A stretch of 64,000 nt of DNA, taken from Bdellovibrionales bacterium. GTDB lineage: Bacteria > Bdellovibrionota > Bdellovibrionia > Bdellovibrionales > DASUEL01. Both the position numbers and the translations under genes were made by a program. The DNA lies in contig JBFWOZ010000002.1 of assembly GCA_050250255.1 (NCBI GenBank), forward strand, positions 1 through 64,000, in the 5' to 3' direction. Of this stretch, positions 27,922-38,242 are shown in pieces (within the stretch, counting starts at the first letter, position 1; every line of letters starts with the position of its first letter). The notes beneath the pieces were generated by a model. That model was not told where the DNA came from. It was given only the letters and a program-made list of their open reading frames with translations, and did no database searches.

Positions 27922-29409
27922 ATGTTTAAGAAAATTCTAATTGCAAATCGAGGAGAAATTGCGATTCGTGTGATTCGTGCCTGCCGTGATCTTGGAATCA
28001 CTTCTTCTGTCGTGTACAGCGATGCGGACCGGAATAGTCTGCACGTCGCTCTTGCCGACGAGGCTCATTACATTGGGCCTGCACCAAGCCGTGAGTCGTA
28101 TTTAAATATTCCTCGTCTCATTGACGCCATTAAAGCCTCTCATGCGGACGCTGTTCATCCTGGTTACGGATTCCTCAGTGAAAAATCTTTTTTTGCCACT
28201 GAAGTTAAAAAGTTGGGCGTAGAGTTTATCGGCCCATCTCCTGAGTCTATGGATCTCATGGGAGACAAGCTGGAAGCACGTCGCGTGATGCAAGCCGCTG
28301 GCGTACCGATCGTTCCTGGCAGCAAAGGCTCCGTTCAAACCATGGAAGAAGTTTTAGACGTCGTTAAAGAGATCGGCTATCCCGTCATGATGAAAGCCGC
28401 CGCAGGTGGTGGCGGAAAAGGGATGCGCGTTGTTCGCAAAGCCGAGGAACTTGAGGGCGCTTTTCGTGCCGCTCGCTCCGAGGCTCTTAATTATTTTAGC
28501 GACGACACCGTTTACATTGAAAGATTCATTGGCAATCCGAAACACATCGAGATCCAAGTGTTCGGTGATAAGCATGGAAACGTTGTTCACTTGTTTGAGC
28601 GCGAATGTTCTCTGCAACGCCGTCACCAGAAGCTGGTTGAAGAGTCGCCAAGCCCGTCCGTTCCAGAAGAAGTTCGTAAAAAAATGGGCGATATTGCAGT
28701 AAAAGCGGCTAAGTCTATCAATTACGTAGGCGCCGGAACTTTTGAGTTTATTTTCGATGCCGAGAGAAAAGATTTTTACTTCATGGAGATGAACACTCGT
28801 CTTCAGGTAGAGCACCCGGTCACGGAGATGGTGACCCAAACAGACCTCGTGCAAGAACAGATTTTTGTTGCAGCCGGAAGACCTTTGAGTTTCAAACAAG
28901 AAGAGATCATTCAGCGTGGCCATTCTATCGAAGTTCGAATTTGTGCCGAAGACCCGCTGACGTTTATTCCTTCACCTGGAAAAATTCGCAGATGTCGTCA
29001 TCCGCAAGGGCCTTACGTGCGTGTCGACTCCTGCGCTTATCCAGGTTACGAAGTGCCGATCCATTACGATCCGATGATTGCAAAGCTCATTGTGTGGGGA
29101 CCTAACCGTCAGCAGGCGATTTCTCGAATGCAAAGAGCGCTTGCAGAGTTTTCGCTCACTGGAATCAAATCAAATATTAATTTGCACAAATTTATTTTAA
29201 TGCACCCAAAGTTTGTAGACGGCTCCTATACAACTCAGTTTTTTGAAACAGAATTTAAGGCCAACCTCGATGATTTTTATCGATTTGTGGACGATCGCGT
29301 ATTCCTCGTGAGTGCCGCTATCGAAGCCTACAGTCACCGAAAATCTCAAGGTGTTTGGGATATTAAGATGGCCAGTCGCTGGAAAAACTCTAACCGGGAT
29401 TTAAGGTAA
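27922..29409 (+). CDS. accC: biotin carboxylase subunit of acyl-CoA carboxylase
   Basis: LIANRGEIA, HPGYGFLSE, GGGGKGMR, ERECSLQRRHQK, EMNTRLQVEHPVTE. Confidence 0.92.
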   Translation: MFKKILIANRGEIAIRVIRACRDLGITSSVVYSDADRNSLHVALADEAHYIGPAPSRESYLNIPRLIDAIKASHADAVHPGYGFLSEKSFFATEVKKLGVEFIGPSPESMDLMGDKLEARRVMQAAGVPIVPGSKGSVQTMEEVLDVVKEIGYPVMMKAAAGGGGKGMRVVRKAEELEGAFRAARSEALNYFSDDTVYIERFIGNPKHIEIQVFGDKHGNVVHLFERECSLQRRHQKLVEESPSPSVPEEVRKKMGDIAVKAAKSINYVGAGTFEFIFDAERKDFYFMEMNTRLQVEHPVTEMVTQTDLVQEQIFVAAGRPLSFKQEEIIQRGHSIEVRICAEDPLTFIPSPGKIRRCRHPQGPYVRVDSCAYPGYEVPIHYDPMIAKLIVWGPNRQQAISRMQRALAEFSLTGIKSNINLHKFILMHPKFVDGSYTTQFFETEFKANLDDFYRFVDDRVFLVSAAIEAYSHRKSQGVWDIKMASRWKNSNRDLR

Positions 29410-29412
29410 GTT

Positions 29413-29946
29413 ATGTTTTTTGAAGCTGACCTCAAAAATAGAAAATATAAAATAGAAGTTTTTGAAACTCCCACGCACTGGAAGGTTACTCTCCAGCAAG
29501 AAGACAAAGACATCGAGTACCATCACATTTCAAAAATCGACTACCAAAAGATGGATGATGCCATCAGCTTCATCTTCCAAAATGTTTCATATATGGTTGA
29601 TGTGGTTTCCAGTGGCGTTGAATCCATCGTGTATACACGTGGATCTTTTCGTCAAATTACACTCTATAACGATGAACTCTTACTTCATGAAAGCTTAAAG
29701 GGCGCAGGCGCACTCTCTGGTGAAGCGCAAATCACTTCCGGCATGCCAGGCAAGATTGTGAAAGTGAATGTACGCGCAGGTGACAAGGTCTCCGCCGGAC
29801 AAACACTTGTCGTCATGGAAGCCATGAAGATGGAAAATGACCTGAAGGCCCCTCGCGATGTGACCGTTAAAGAGGTCCTCATCAAAGAAGGACAGAGCAT
29901 TGAATCGGGTACGACCCTTGTGACTTTTGAACAGACTGAAAAATAA
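29413..29946 (+). CDS. biotin carboxyl carrier protein
   Basis: MEAMKMEN biotinylation motif. Confidence 0.9.
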   Translation: MFFEADLKNRKYKIEVFETPTHWKVTLQQEDKDIEYHHISKIDYQKMDDAISFIFQNVSYMVDVVSSGVESIVYTRGSFRQITLYNDELLLHESLKGAGALSGEAQITSGMPGKIVKVNVRAGDKVSAGQTLVVMEAMKMENDLKAPRDVTVKEVLIKEGQSIESGTTLVTFEQTEK

Positions 29947-29956
29947 GATAGTTTCC

Positions 29957-31543
29957 ATGAGTAATAAAAAAACAGACCGCAAAACGACATCGGATATCTC
30001 TCTGAAAGAGTTTTACACTTCAGAAGATTGGTCTGCCGCGAAAGAGGCCACCGATCTCGGAAGACCTGGCGAAAAACCTTATACTCGTGGTGTGTATTCC
30101 AGCATGTATCGTGGTCGTCATTGGACGATGAGGCAGTACGCAGGATTTGGTTCTGCAAAAGAAAGCAATGAGCGCTACAAACACCTCCTCGCACATGGAC
30201 AAACCGGCCTCAGCGTGGCCTTCGATCTCCCCACCCAGATGGGCTACGACTCTGATCATGTGATGGCTTCGGGAGAAGTGGGGAAAGTGGGCGTGGCGAT
30301 CAGCTCCATTGAAGATATGGAAACACTGCTTCGTGATCTTCCTTTAGATAAAATATCTACCAGTATGACCATCAATTCTACGGCTGGAATATTGCTAGCT
30401 TTCTATATCGTTGTTGCTCGCAGACGCGGCCTTGATCAAAAAATTCTTCAGGGCACAATTCAAAACGATATCTTAAAAGAATATATCGCTCGCGGAACTT
30501 ACATTTACCCTCCCAAACCCTCTTTGAGAGTGATTACTAACATCTTTGCATACTGCGGGAAGAATGTTCCTAACTGGAATACCATCAGCATCTCGGGATA
30601 TCACATTCGTGAGGCCGGAAGTACAGCCGCGCAAGAACTGGCGTTCACTTTGGCCAACGCGACCACTTACGTGCAAGCCGCGATCGAGAGCGGGTTGGAC
30701 GTTGATTCCTTTGCCTCGCGGCTCAGTTTCTTTTTTAATGTGCACAATAATTTCTTTGAAGAGATCGCGAAGTATCGAGCCGCACGAAGAATGTGGTCGC
30801 GAATTATGTCAGAACACTTTCATGCCAAAAATCCCAACAGCTTCAAGCTTCGCTTTCATTCACAAACCGCCGGAAGCACGCTAACCGCACAGCAGCCCGA
30901 AAACAATATCGTTCGTGTGTCATTACAAGCCCTCGCTTCAGTTTTAGGTGGCACACAAAGTCTTCATACTAACTCTATGGATGAAGCCCTGGGGCTACCG
31001 ACTGAAAAATCGGCGACTATTGCGCTACGAACCCAACAAATTTTAGCTCACGAAACTGGAGTTACGGATGTGGCAGATCCCCTCGCAGGATCTTTCTATG
31101 TAGAAAGCCTCACCAATGAACTTGAGAAGAAGGCAATTGAATATATGGAGCGCATTCAATCTTTGGGTGGAGTGATCTCTTGCATTGAGAGCGGTTGGAT
31201 TCAAAACGAAATTCACAAGGCGGCCTATGATTTTCAAATGGATCTTGATAAAAAAGATCGCATCGTTGTGGGAGTGAACGATTTTGTATCGAAAAATGAA
31301 AAGCCCCCGCAAGTTTTAAAAATCAACCAGTCGGTCCAAAAAGACCAGATAAATAGATTAAAAAAGTTCAAAGCAAAAAGAGATTCCAAAAGGGTTCAGA
31401 AAACCTTAGAGAAGATTCGAAACGCCGCCGAAGGAGCTGACAACCTCATGCCACTCTTCATCGAAGCCGTTGATCAAAATGTGACTTTAGGTGAAATCGC
31501 AGACGAGCTTCGAGCTGTCTTTGGACTCTTTCGGCAAAAATAA
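29957..31543 (+). CDS. methylmalonyl-CoA mutase, catalytic large subunit (no B12-binding domain)
   Basis: [54 protein letters not shown]; no DxHxxG domain; start ATG 29957. Confidence 0.9.
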   Translation: MSNKKTDRKTTSDISLKEFYTSEDWSAAKEATDLGRPGEKPYTRGVYSSMYRGRHWTMRQYAGFGSAKESNERYKHLLAHGQTGLSVAFDLPTQMGYDSDHVMASGEVGKVGVAISSIEDMETLLRDLPLDKISTSMTINSTAGILLAFYIVVARRRGLDQKILQGTIQNDILKEYIARGTYIYPPKPSLRVITNIFAYCGKNVPNWNTISISGYHIREAGSTAAQELAFTLANATTYVQAAIESGLDVDSFASRLSFFFNVHNNFFEEIAKYRAARRMWSRIMSEHFHAKNPNSFKLRFHSQTAGSTLTAQQPENNIVRVSLQALASVLGGTQSLHTNSMDEALGLPTEKSATIALRTQQILAHETGVTDVADPLAGSFYVESLTNELEKKAIEYMERIQSLGGVISCIESGWIQNEIHKAAYDFQMDLDKKDRIVVGVNDFVSKNEKPPQVLKINQSVQKDQINRLKKFKAKRDSKRVQKTLEKIRNAAEGADNLMPLFIEAVDQNVTLGEIADELRAVFGLFRQK

Positions 31544-31650
31544 TTTAGTCCCTTCCTCCCTAAGTCTAGAAAACTGTTCATAGAAACACTCAGCACACTT
31601 GACCACACCACGGGAGGTATCTAAAAATAGATTTGTACACCGGAGGATTC

Positions 31651-32295
31651 ATGCGCTTACTCACACTCATCACCTGTCTTTCTACCCTGTTATTTTTAGC
31701 CTCTTGCGGAAAAGATAAGAAAAAACCAGACGGTGACGATGGCGAGCTCACCCCCCAATCTCCTATTACGGGAAGCTGGACTTCTGAATGCACTCTGGCT
31801 CCCGCGCCTCACGGCGGAAATTATTATCAACTTCACGCCTTGAGGTTCTCTCAATCCACTTACACTTTAGAAACACAGATTTTTTCTGAAAACACTTGCA
31901 GCGACTTTCTTAAAAGAGAATATGTCGTGAAAAAAACGGGACGCCTTGTCACCAGCGAAGATCCCAACAAAGACGATCAACTCCTTCCCATCAACGATGA
32001 AGCTGCCGGATATGCTATTAAGACTTCCAACCCTCAAAATACGGAACTCTTTACACAAGCAAAAGTGTGCGGCGTAACTGATTGGAAGCTTGATACTTAT
32101 AAATCTGTGTCCGGAAAAACCTGCTGGAACAAAAATATTTTTGACCTACAAATATTTTATACAACGACCAGAGCTATCAATACTCCAGAAAAAGCAACGC
32201 TGGAGTTTGCCGTAACAAGCGCGGGTCAAGACGGAAGAAGCCCGGAGAAAAGAGCCACTCAGTTTACTTCATCGCTTATATTTACAAAAAAATGA
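31651..32295 (+). CDS. hypothetical lipoprotein
   Basis: GGAGG RBS before ATG 31651; lipobox LASC; several Cys in the mature part. Confidence 0.75.
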   Translation: MRLLTLITCLSTLLFLASCGKDKKKPDGDDGELTPQSPITGSWTSECTLAPAPHGGNYYQLHALRFSQSTYTLETQIFSENTCSDFLKREYVVKKTGRLVTSEDPNKDDQLLPINDEAAGYAIKTSNPQNTELFTQAKVCGVTDWKLDTYKSVSGKTCWNKNIFDLQIFYTTTRAINTPEKATLEFAVTSAGQDGRSPEKRATQFTSSLIFTKK

Positions 32296-33039
32296 TTACA
32301 CGATTGGCTTAGGTTTCATAGCGCCCACGAGAATGATACTCATCTCATAAAGCAAAACGATTGGCACTAGCAGAAACAGCATGCTCATCAGATCTGGTGG
32401 TGTGATCACAGCGCTCACCACAGACAATAGTACAATGGCATACCGACGCTTCTCTCTTAAAAACTTTTGATCAATCACACCCATCATTCCCAAAAGAACA
32501 ATGATCAAAGGAAGTTCAAAGGCTGCACCAAATATGAGTGTCGTTGAAATGAAAAAAGACAAATAACTATCAATCGTAATCATAGGTCGATCATCGGTGC
32601 CGCCAAACGTCAGGAGGTAATGAAACGCTGACGGGTACACAACAAAATACACAAAGCTTACACCAATGAGAAACATTACGGTTCCAAAACTCAAAAATCC
32701 AATCGCATATTTTTTTTCGTTGCGATAAAGACCCGGGGCTATGAACGCCCACACTTGGTAGAGCCAAAGAGGGCAAGTGAAAATCACTCCCGACAAAATG
32801 GCTATTTGAATGTAGGCCATAAACTTATCCATTACGCCGGTGTACACAAGCCCGCCATCGGGAAGATAAGCAAGAATAGGTTGTCGAATGATTCCAAAAA
32901 TTTGATCGCTATAAATCCAACCCACCGTCGAACCCAAAATAAGAATCCATAAAATTCTCACTACTCGATACCGAAGCTCCGTCAAATGATCTACAAGATG
33001 GCCTTCGCCGACAGAGAGCTTCTCTTGATTAGAAGTCAC
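32296..33039 (-). CDS. tatC: twin-arginine translocase subunit TatC
   Basis: HLTELRYR, YQVWAFIAPGLY..EKK, FELP, ITPPD, LLYE; start GTG 33039 after GGAGG. Confidence 0.95.
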   Translation of the reverse strand: MTSNQEKLSVGEGHLVDHLTELRYRVVRILWILILGSTVGWIYSDQIFGIIRQPILAYLPDGGLVYTGVMDKFMAYIQIAILSGVIFTCPLWLYQVWAFIAPGLYRNEKKYAIGFLSFGTVMFLIGVSFVYFVVYPSAFHYLLTFGGTDDRPMITIDSYLSFFISTTLIFGAAFELPLIIVLLGMMGVIDQKFLREKRRYAIVLLSVVSAVITPPDLMSMLFLLVPIVLLYEMSIILVGAMKPKPIV

Positions 33040-33349
33040 TGGAAGATCCTCCTGGTTTCGGTGTCTGGGAGGCAACGCCCTGTGGTTCTTCTTTTTTTGT
33101 TTTTTCCGCGGAGGCGGTGCTCTCTTCTTCCGTGATACGCTTTAAAAGATCTTCGCGCGTTTTCTGGAGGAATTCATCGGACTTCGTTGTGGCCTCTCGA
33201 AAAGATCCCAAGGCTTCATCGCTCGCTCGCTTCAGCTCATTGAGAAAGCGACCCATCGTCCTGGCAAGTTCTGGAAGCTGTTTGGGACCAATAAAAATAA
33301 GTGCGATAACTCCAATAACCACGAGCTCGCTGAATCCGATATTAAACAT
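33029..33349 (-). CDS. tatB: twin-arginine translocase subunit TatB
   Basis: MFNIGFSELVVIGVIALIFIGPKQLPELARTMG. Confidence 0.9.
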   Translation of the reverse strand: MFNIGFSELVVIGVIALIFIGPKQLPELARTMGRFLNELKRASDEALGSFREATTKSDEFLQKTREDLLKRITEEESTASAEKTKKEEPQGVASQTPKPGGSSSDF

Positions 33350-33407
33350 ACGAATAGACCCTATCTCACCTCAGACCTTCTGGCAAATGGGAGGGTGCGA
33401 CCTTGCT

Positions 33408-34043
33408 TTATTGGTAAGTTTTTTTAACGGAATCCGAGGTAACAATGCCTTTTTCCAGCAATTGATCCCGAGCTAGGCTAGAGCCTGTTTTGACGTATCG
33501 CTCATAGAGGCGCAAAAGATTCTGGTTGTTGTTCATAAGTGATTTTGTACTGATATATGTGAGCACATCTACAAAACCTAGGAACTTCGTTGAGAGCTCT
33601 CCGAAGACGCATCGATTGTTATCATCACGGACCACCTGAGCTAAGCTTTGGTAGGCCGTGCCGCCCATTTCTGCATAATAATCTATATCCACAACTTTAC
33701 GATTTAAGGAGTCGCCAAAAAAGCCGCTGATGTAGAGGGATGTGTCGCCCAGTTTTTTAAAAAGTTCAATTTGAACTGTGGACTGACTGTTGATGGCCTT
33801 TAAGAACATTTCGGCCAAAGTCATTGTTTGTCTTTGTCCAGTTTCGGGCTCAATTTCAAAAAGCTTATCTGTACTGACAAAATTTTCTAAAAGTCCAATG
33901 AGGTAGGTTTCTGCAGGTGGGGTTGTTGTCAATTTTGTGCGAGCAAGGGCATCCCTCACGATTTCCGTGAAAAATTCCCGGGGTTGGATAAACAAACTAT
34001 GCTTTGACGCTTGATTCAGCTTCTTTGTTTTTCCCATAACCAC
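33408..34043 (-). CDS. conserved hypothetical protein
   Basis: Long clean ORF with KKLGDTSLYISGFF...DIDYYAEMGGTAY motif; no function recognised. Confidence 0.75.
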   Translation of the reverse strand: MVMGKTKKLNQASKHSLFIQPREFFTEIVRDALARTKLTTTPPAETYLIGLLENFVSTDKLFEIEPETGQRQTMTLAEMFLKAINSQSTVQIELFKKLGDTSLYISGFFGDSLNRKVVDIDYYAEMGGTAYQSLAQVVRDDNNRCVFGELSTKFLGFVDVLTYISTKSLMNNNQNLLRLYERYVKTGSSLARDQLLEKGIVTSDSVKKTYQ

Positions 34044-34170
34044 TCTTTAGTGAGAGCGCTTCCTTCCTCTATTATACTCGAAGTCCCAATTATCATGCGT
34101 AGTACCAATGAAATTAGGACTTTGGGAGAGATGTCCCCCTTTGAGACGGTCGGCCCTCCCCCATAGAAGA

Positions 34171-34198
34171 TTATCGGAATTTATGAAGCTTTTCTTAA
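34171..34198 (-). promoter_or_regulatory. sigma28-like promoter upstream of 33408-34043
   Basis: Minus strand TTAAG-N15-TCCGATAA. Confidence 0.5.
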
Positions 34199-34212
34199 TT
34201 CGTGACAGCTCC

Positions 34213-36834
34213 TCAGAATCCTGATGGGGCCTGCTTCCCTACGACAATGGTGACTGCACTTTGCGAAAAAATCTCGCGGGCAAGCTTTTGAATGTCTCGA
34301 GATGAGATTTCTCGGATGTGCTTTGCAAAAGCCGTATGCGAGCCAAATGGCAACCCGTACAACTCATCAAAAAGCATAGAGTGAGCAATCGAAGAGTTTC
34401 TTTGAAGTTCGATATCATGACGCCCAATAATATAGTTTTTCGAACGTTCAACTTCTTCATCCGATACAAGTTTATTACAAACTTTATCAAATTCTTTTTG
34501 AAGCATCGAAAGCGCTTTATCCGCCTTCTCTGGAGAACAGGCTATGTACGCGCCGAAATAGCCGCCATCAATTCCTTCCATACGGATAGGTGCAACCGTG
34601 TATGCCAGAGACTCTTTATCCCGAAGTTCCAAAAACAATCGCCCACCTTGCCCAGAGAAGATCGATTGCAAAAGCTGGAGAGTGAACCGTCGATCATCGG
34701 TGAAAGTCAAACCCTTGTATCCGGTGAAAATATGAGTTTGCTCCTTTTCGAGCTTCTTAAAGAGTTTGATGTTTTCGCTAGGGCCTTCGTGGGGAACCAA
34801 ATCCCATTTTTCACCCTTAAGGCGCCAGCTCTGCGTGGCCTTTTCGAAGTGCTCTGTCCAGAGATTGCGATCGAAATGACCAGAAATAGAAAAAATGAGG
34901 TTTTCTTTGATCGCCCATTTGCTCCAAAGTTTCAAAACCGACGGGGCATCGATTTTTGCTATGGATTCTTCTGTTCCACTCGGATCAATCGCATATGGAT
35001 GATTTTTAAACATGTTCTCGAAAAAAAGCTGCTGGCCTATTTGCGCCGGACTATCGTTGCGTGATTTTAAATTCTCAAGCATGACGATTTTCTCACGCTC
35101 GATCACCTCATCCGAAAACCTTGGATTCGCCAGGACATCTCCAAAAAGCTCTGAGGCCTTTTCTTGAAATGGCGCCAGCACATCCATAGATACACCAACT
35201 GAATTCCGTCCGCCAAAAGCCGAAAGTCCCGCTGCCATTCCCTCCGTAAGAGTTTGAATTTCTTGCTCCGTGCGAGAATGAGTCCCACTCGTCCAAGTAC
35301 TACCAAGAAGTTCGGTAATCCCATTTAACTCTCTGGGCTCTCTCCTCACGCCCCCCGGAAGTGCCGCACGAAGGCTAATGGCTGGAGTGTCATAAGAGGG
35401 ATAGAGAAGGAGCGTTGCTCCTGAAGACAGTTTTATTTTTTCTGGCAAACCCTTTGAACGACTACCAAAACTCCAGTTGATTTTTTTCATCTTCGCGGAG
35501 GCCTTGGCTTTCGAACTTAACTTCGATTTCATCCAAGCTTTTGAGTATTCCTTTTGCCATTTTGCGATGAGCTTCTTTTCGTCTATCTTCTTGGCGTCCC
35601 CCTTTTCCTTTTCACTGCCCAGGCAGGTGATCGTCATTTGCGAAGGAGATAAGTATTTTTTAGCCATCCGACTCACATCAAGGGGCTTCACCTTACGAAT
35701 TTCTTTCATAAACTTTGGAAAGTAATTTGGATCTCTCATGAGATCTTCAAAGTGTCCGTATTTGCGCGCGAGGCCATCCACCGTTTCGAGAGAATAATAT
35801 TCTTCTGCCTCGAAGTTAATAAGAGCTTTTTCGAACTCCTTCGCAGAAGGCGGCTCGGACCACACTTTTTCAATTTCTGTTTGAAGAGCACCAAGAAGTT
35901 CTTCCATGTTTTTTTTCGCGAGTGTCGTAGCGATAATAAAAATTCCACCATCTTTTAAAGTATAGGCTCCGGAGCCAATGGAATTCGCAAGCGGCTTTCT
36001 GATTCGAGCAGCTTGCATAAGTCGTGAGCTTTCTCCTTGTCCCAATATCAGACTCATCATTTCAAGTGCCGGAATGTCTTTGTGGTCTGGCTTAGGGATT
36101 TTCCAAGCAATATTTAGAAACGTTTCTTCAAACGGACCTTTTTTTACTTCAATGCGTGGAGAGGCTTGCTTCTTCTCTTTCTTGCGTGTGACTTTTTTAA
36201 GTTTGAACGGACGGAAATCAGAAAAATGCTCAGAGACTTTTTCTTTGATGTTTTCATCAAAATCTCCCGCAACAATTAATGTCATGTTCGACGGCACATA
36301 GCGGGATTGAAAATACGAAACAATTTTCTTTCGCGACACATTAGAAACCGTCTTAGGATATCCAATCACTGGAATCCCGTAAGGATGAGTTTTAAAAGAG
36401 CTTGAGAACATAAGCCTGCTGGCTTCGCGGCTAGGACTGTCGAGAGAGCGCTTAATCTCTTCGATAACCACTTCTCTTTCGTTATCGATTTCCTGCGCGT
36501 CGAAAGTGGGAAAACCCATCATTCCACGAATCATTTCTAAACCAGAATTTATGTAGTTCTTTGAAAGAGTGATGTGAAAAACGGTTTGATCAAACGAAGT
36601 GTACGCATTGAGCTCACCACCTGAGGCCTCCACCTTTGAAGCAATTTCGCCCACTTTGTATTTATCCGTCCCCTTAAAGACAAGATGTTCGATAAAATGG
36701 CTGATTCCCTCTTCGCCCTTCGCCTCATCGGCGCTACCGGTACGAACCCACATCTGCACTGAAACCACAGGAGATTTTTTAGAGTGTATAAGAATGACTG
36801 TGAGACCATTTCTTAATTGATATTTTTTAATCAT
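34213..36834 (-). CDS. M16 (pitrilysin-like) zinc peptidase
   Basis: Inverted HFIEH zinc motif, NAYTSFD, EREVVIEE; second inactive M16 half. Confidence 0.92.
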   Translation of the reverse strand: MIKKYQLRNGLTVILIHSKKSPVVSVQMWVRTGSADEAKGEEGISHFIEHLVFKGTDKYKVGEIASKVEASGGELNAYTSFDQTVFHITLSKNYINSGLEMIRGMMGFPTFDAQEIDNEREVVIEEIKRSLDSPSREASRLMFSSSFKTHPYGIPVIGYPKTVSNVSRKKIVSYFQSRYVPSNMTLIVAGDFDENIKEKVSEHFSDFRPFKLKKVTRKKEKKQASPRIEVKKGPFEETFLNIAWKIPKPDHKDIPALEMMSLILGQGESSRLMQAARIRKPLANSIGSGAYTLKDGGIFIIATTLAKKNMEELLGALQTEIEKVWSEPPSAKEFEKALINFEAEEYYSLETVDGLARKYGHFEDLMRDPNYFPKFMKEIRKVKPLDVSRMAKKYLSPSQMTITCLGSEKEKGDAKKIDEKKLIAKWQKEYSKAWMKSKLSSKAKASAKMKKINWSFGSRSKGLPEKIKLSSGATLLLYPSYDTPAISLRAALPGGVRREPRELNGITELLGSTWTSGTHSRTEQEIQTLTEGMAAGLSAFGGRNSVGVSMDVLAPFQEKASELFGDVLANPRFSDEVIEREKIVMLENLKSRNDSPAQIGQQLFFENMFKNHPYAIDPSGTEESIAKIDAPSVLKLWSKWAIKENLIFSISGHFDRNLWTEHFEKATQSWRLKGEKWDLVPHEGPSENIKLFKKLEKEQTHIFTGYKGLTFTDDRRFTLQLLQSIFSGQGGRLFLELRDKESLAYTVAPIRMEGIDGGYFGAYIACSPEKADKALSMLQKEFDKVCNKLVSDEEVERSKNYIIGRHDIELQRNSSIAHSMLFDELYGLPFGSHTAFAKHIREISSRDIQKLAREIFSQSAVTIVVGKQAPSGF

Positions 36835-36851
36835 TTTATAATGTGCTTTCC

Positions 36852-38168
36852 ATGTCGTTTGGTGTTTACGTCCATATTCCCTACTGCCTTCAGCGTTGCG
36901 TGTACTGCGACTTTGCCACGTTTGAAGTGGAACGTATCGGACATTCCGATGCGGCTTTGCGCGTGGACCCGCCAGAACAATACGTGAAACTCGTTTGTCA
37001 GGAGATTCGTCAACGATCTGAAGAAATCTCGACTCGCAAAATCGACACGCTCTACTTCGGCGGAGGCACTCCTAGCCTCATCGAACCTCATCTGATCCTA
37101 GCAATTATTCAGGAACTGAGGAACTCAGGATTTGAGTTGTGTCCTGATGCGGAAGCCACCATCGAAATCAATCCCGCCACCATCACGGAAGCCAAGCTCG
37201 ACCAATATCTTAAAATGGGTCTCAATCGGTTTAGCGTAGGAGTACAAAGCTTCACGGAAGCGCACCTTCAAAAGATGGGGCGCAAGCACTCTGCCCAAGA
37301 CTCTCGCGAAACCCTCACGCTTCTCTCAAAATACAAAACGAATTTTAATTCCGATCTTCTATTTGCACTACCACACCAAACTTCCGAAGAGTTAAAGCGT
37401 GATATTGGGGAGATGCTTTCCTTTGGGCCTTCACATATTAGTCCCTACTGCCTCACGGTACCGGATAAAAATCCGATGGCGCACTCGAGACCTTCGGAAG
37501 AACACCAGGTAAAGATGTTTGAAATCATCCATGAAGAGCTCACCAAAGCCGATTTCTTTCGATATGAGATCTCTAATTACGCGCTACCAGGTAAAGAGTC
37601 TCGACATAACCTTTTGTATTGGAAAGATGAGCCTTACTGGGGACTTGGATTAAGCAGTCACTCTTATTTACGTCCAGCTTGTCTCAAAGGATTGAAGACG
37701 AGGCGCGACCGAGGTGAGCGCGGAGGCCTACTTCCTGTAGGCCGCACAAGCGATCCGACCGAGCAACGAAGTATTCAATCCTTTGAGGCGAGCTGGGGTG
37801 TGAGGTTTTGGAATCCACCGACCTTTGAAGCTTATAAAAACCAGATTTTGCACCCTGATTTAAAAAGCGAGTTTTTAGGAATGCCTTCCCACCAGTTTGA
37901 GTTTTTAGAATTGCATCAGGCCATTACAGATTATTGCCACACGGCGCTAAGAATGTCGGATGGTCTTTCTCAAAAGAACCTTAAGAATAAGTTTTCATCA
38001 GAAACTGTAGGCTCTATTTCAGATCGTCTTAACCAAATTGATTCACGTCTTCTTACCAAAGAAGAACGTGGCTGGAAACTGACCGAAGAAGGTCTTGTTT
38101 TAAGTAACCTTGTCTTCGAAAAAATCACTTTTCTAAAGGAAGATCTGCCTTCAGGGGTGCTTTTTTAA
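36852..38168 (+). CDS. hemW: radical SAM heme chaperone HemW (HemN-like) carrying a 41-aa in-frame insertion
   Basis: YVHIPYCLQRCVYCDF, YFGGGTPS, YEISNY, HNLLYW; upstream of grpE. Confidence 0.9.
   Translation: MSFGVYVHIPYCLQRCVYCDFATFEVERIGHSDAALRVDPPEQYVKLVCQEIRQRSEEISTRKIDTLYFGGGTPSLIEPHLILAIIQELRNSGFELCPDAEATIEINPATITEAKLDQYLKMGLNRFSVGVQSFTEAHLQKMGRKHSAQDSRETLTLLSKYKTNFNSDLLFALPHQTSEELKRDIGEMLSFGPSHISPYCLTVPDKNPMAHSRPSEEHQVKMFEIIHEELTKADFFRYEISNYALPGKESRHNLLYWKDEPYWGLGLSSHSYLRPACLKGLKTRRDRGERGGLLPVGRTSDPTEQRSIQSFEASWGVRFWNPPTFEAYKNQILHPDLKSEFLGMPSHQFEFLELHQAITDYCHTALRMSDGLSQKNLKNKFSSETVGSISDRLNQIDSRLLTKEERGWKLTEEGLVLSNLVFEKITFLKEDLPSGVLF
37674..37796 (+). repeat. palindromic element, copy 3, inserted in frame in hemW
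   Basis: 23-bp terminal inverted repeat CCAGCTTGTCTCAAAGGATTGAA/TTCAATCCTTTGAGGCGAGCTGG (mismatches are G-T compatible); 123 bp = 41 codons; homologous to 11502-11639. Confidence 0.8.
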
Positions 38169-38242
38169 TGCTCTCTTCTTTCGTGGATTGACTTAAGAGA
38201 AGGCGGGCTCATATTTAAAGTTCACTATCAGAGGAGCCTGGT

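Noticed and set aside
34318..35064. 248-aa plus-strand ORF
   Set aside because: Antisense shadow of the M16 peptidase
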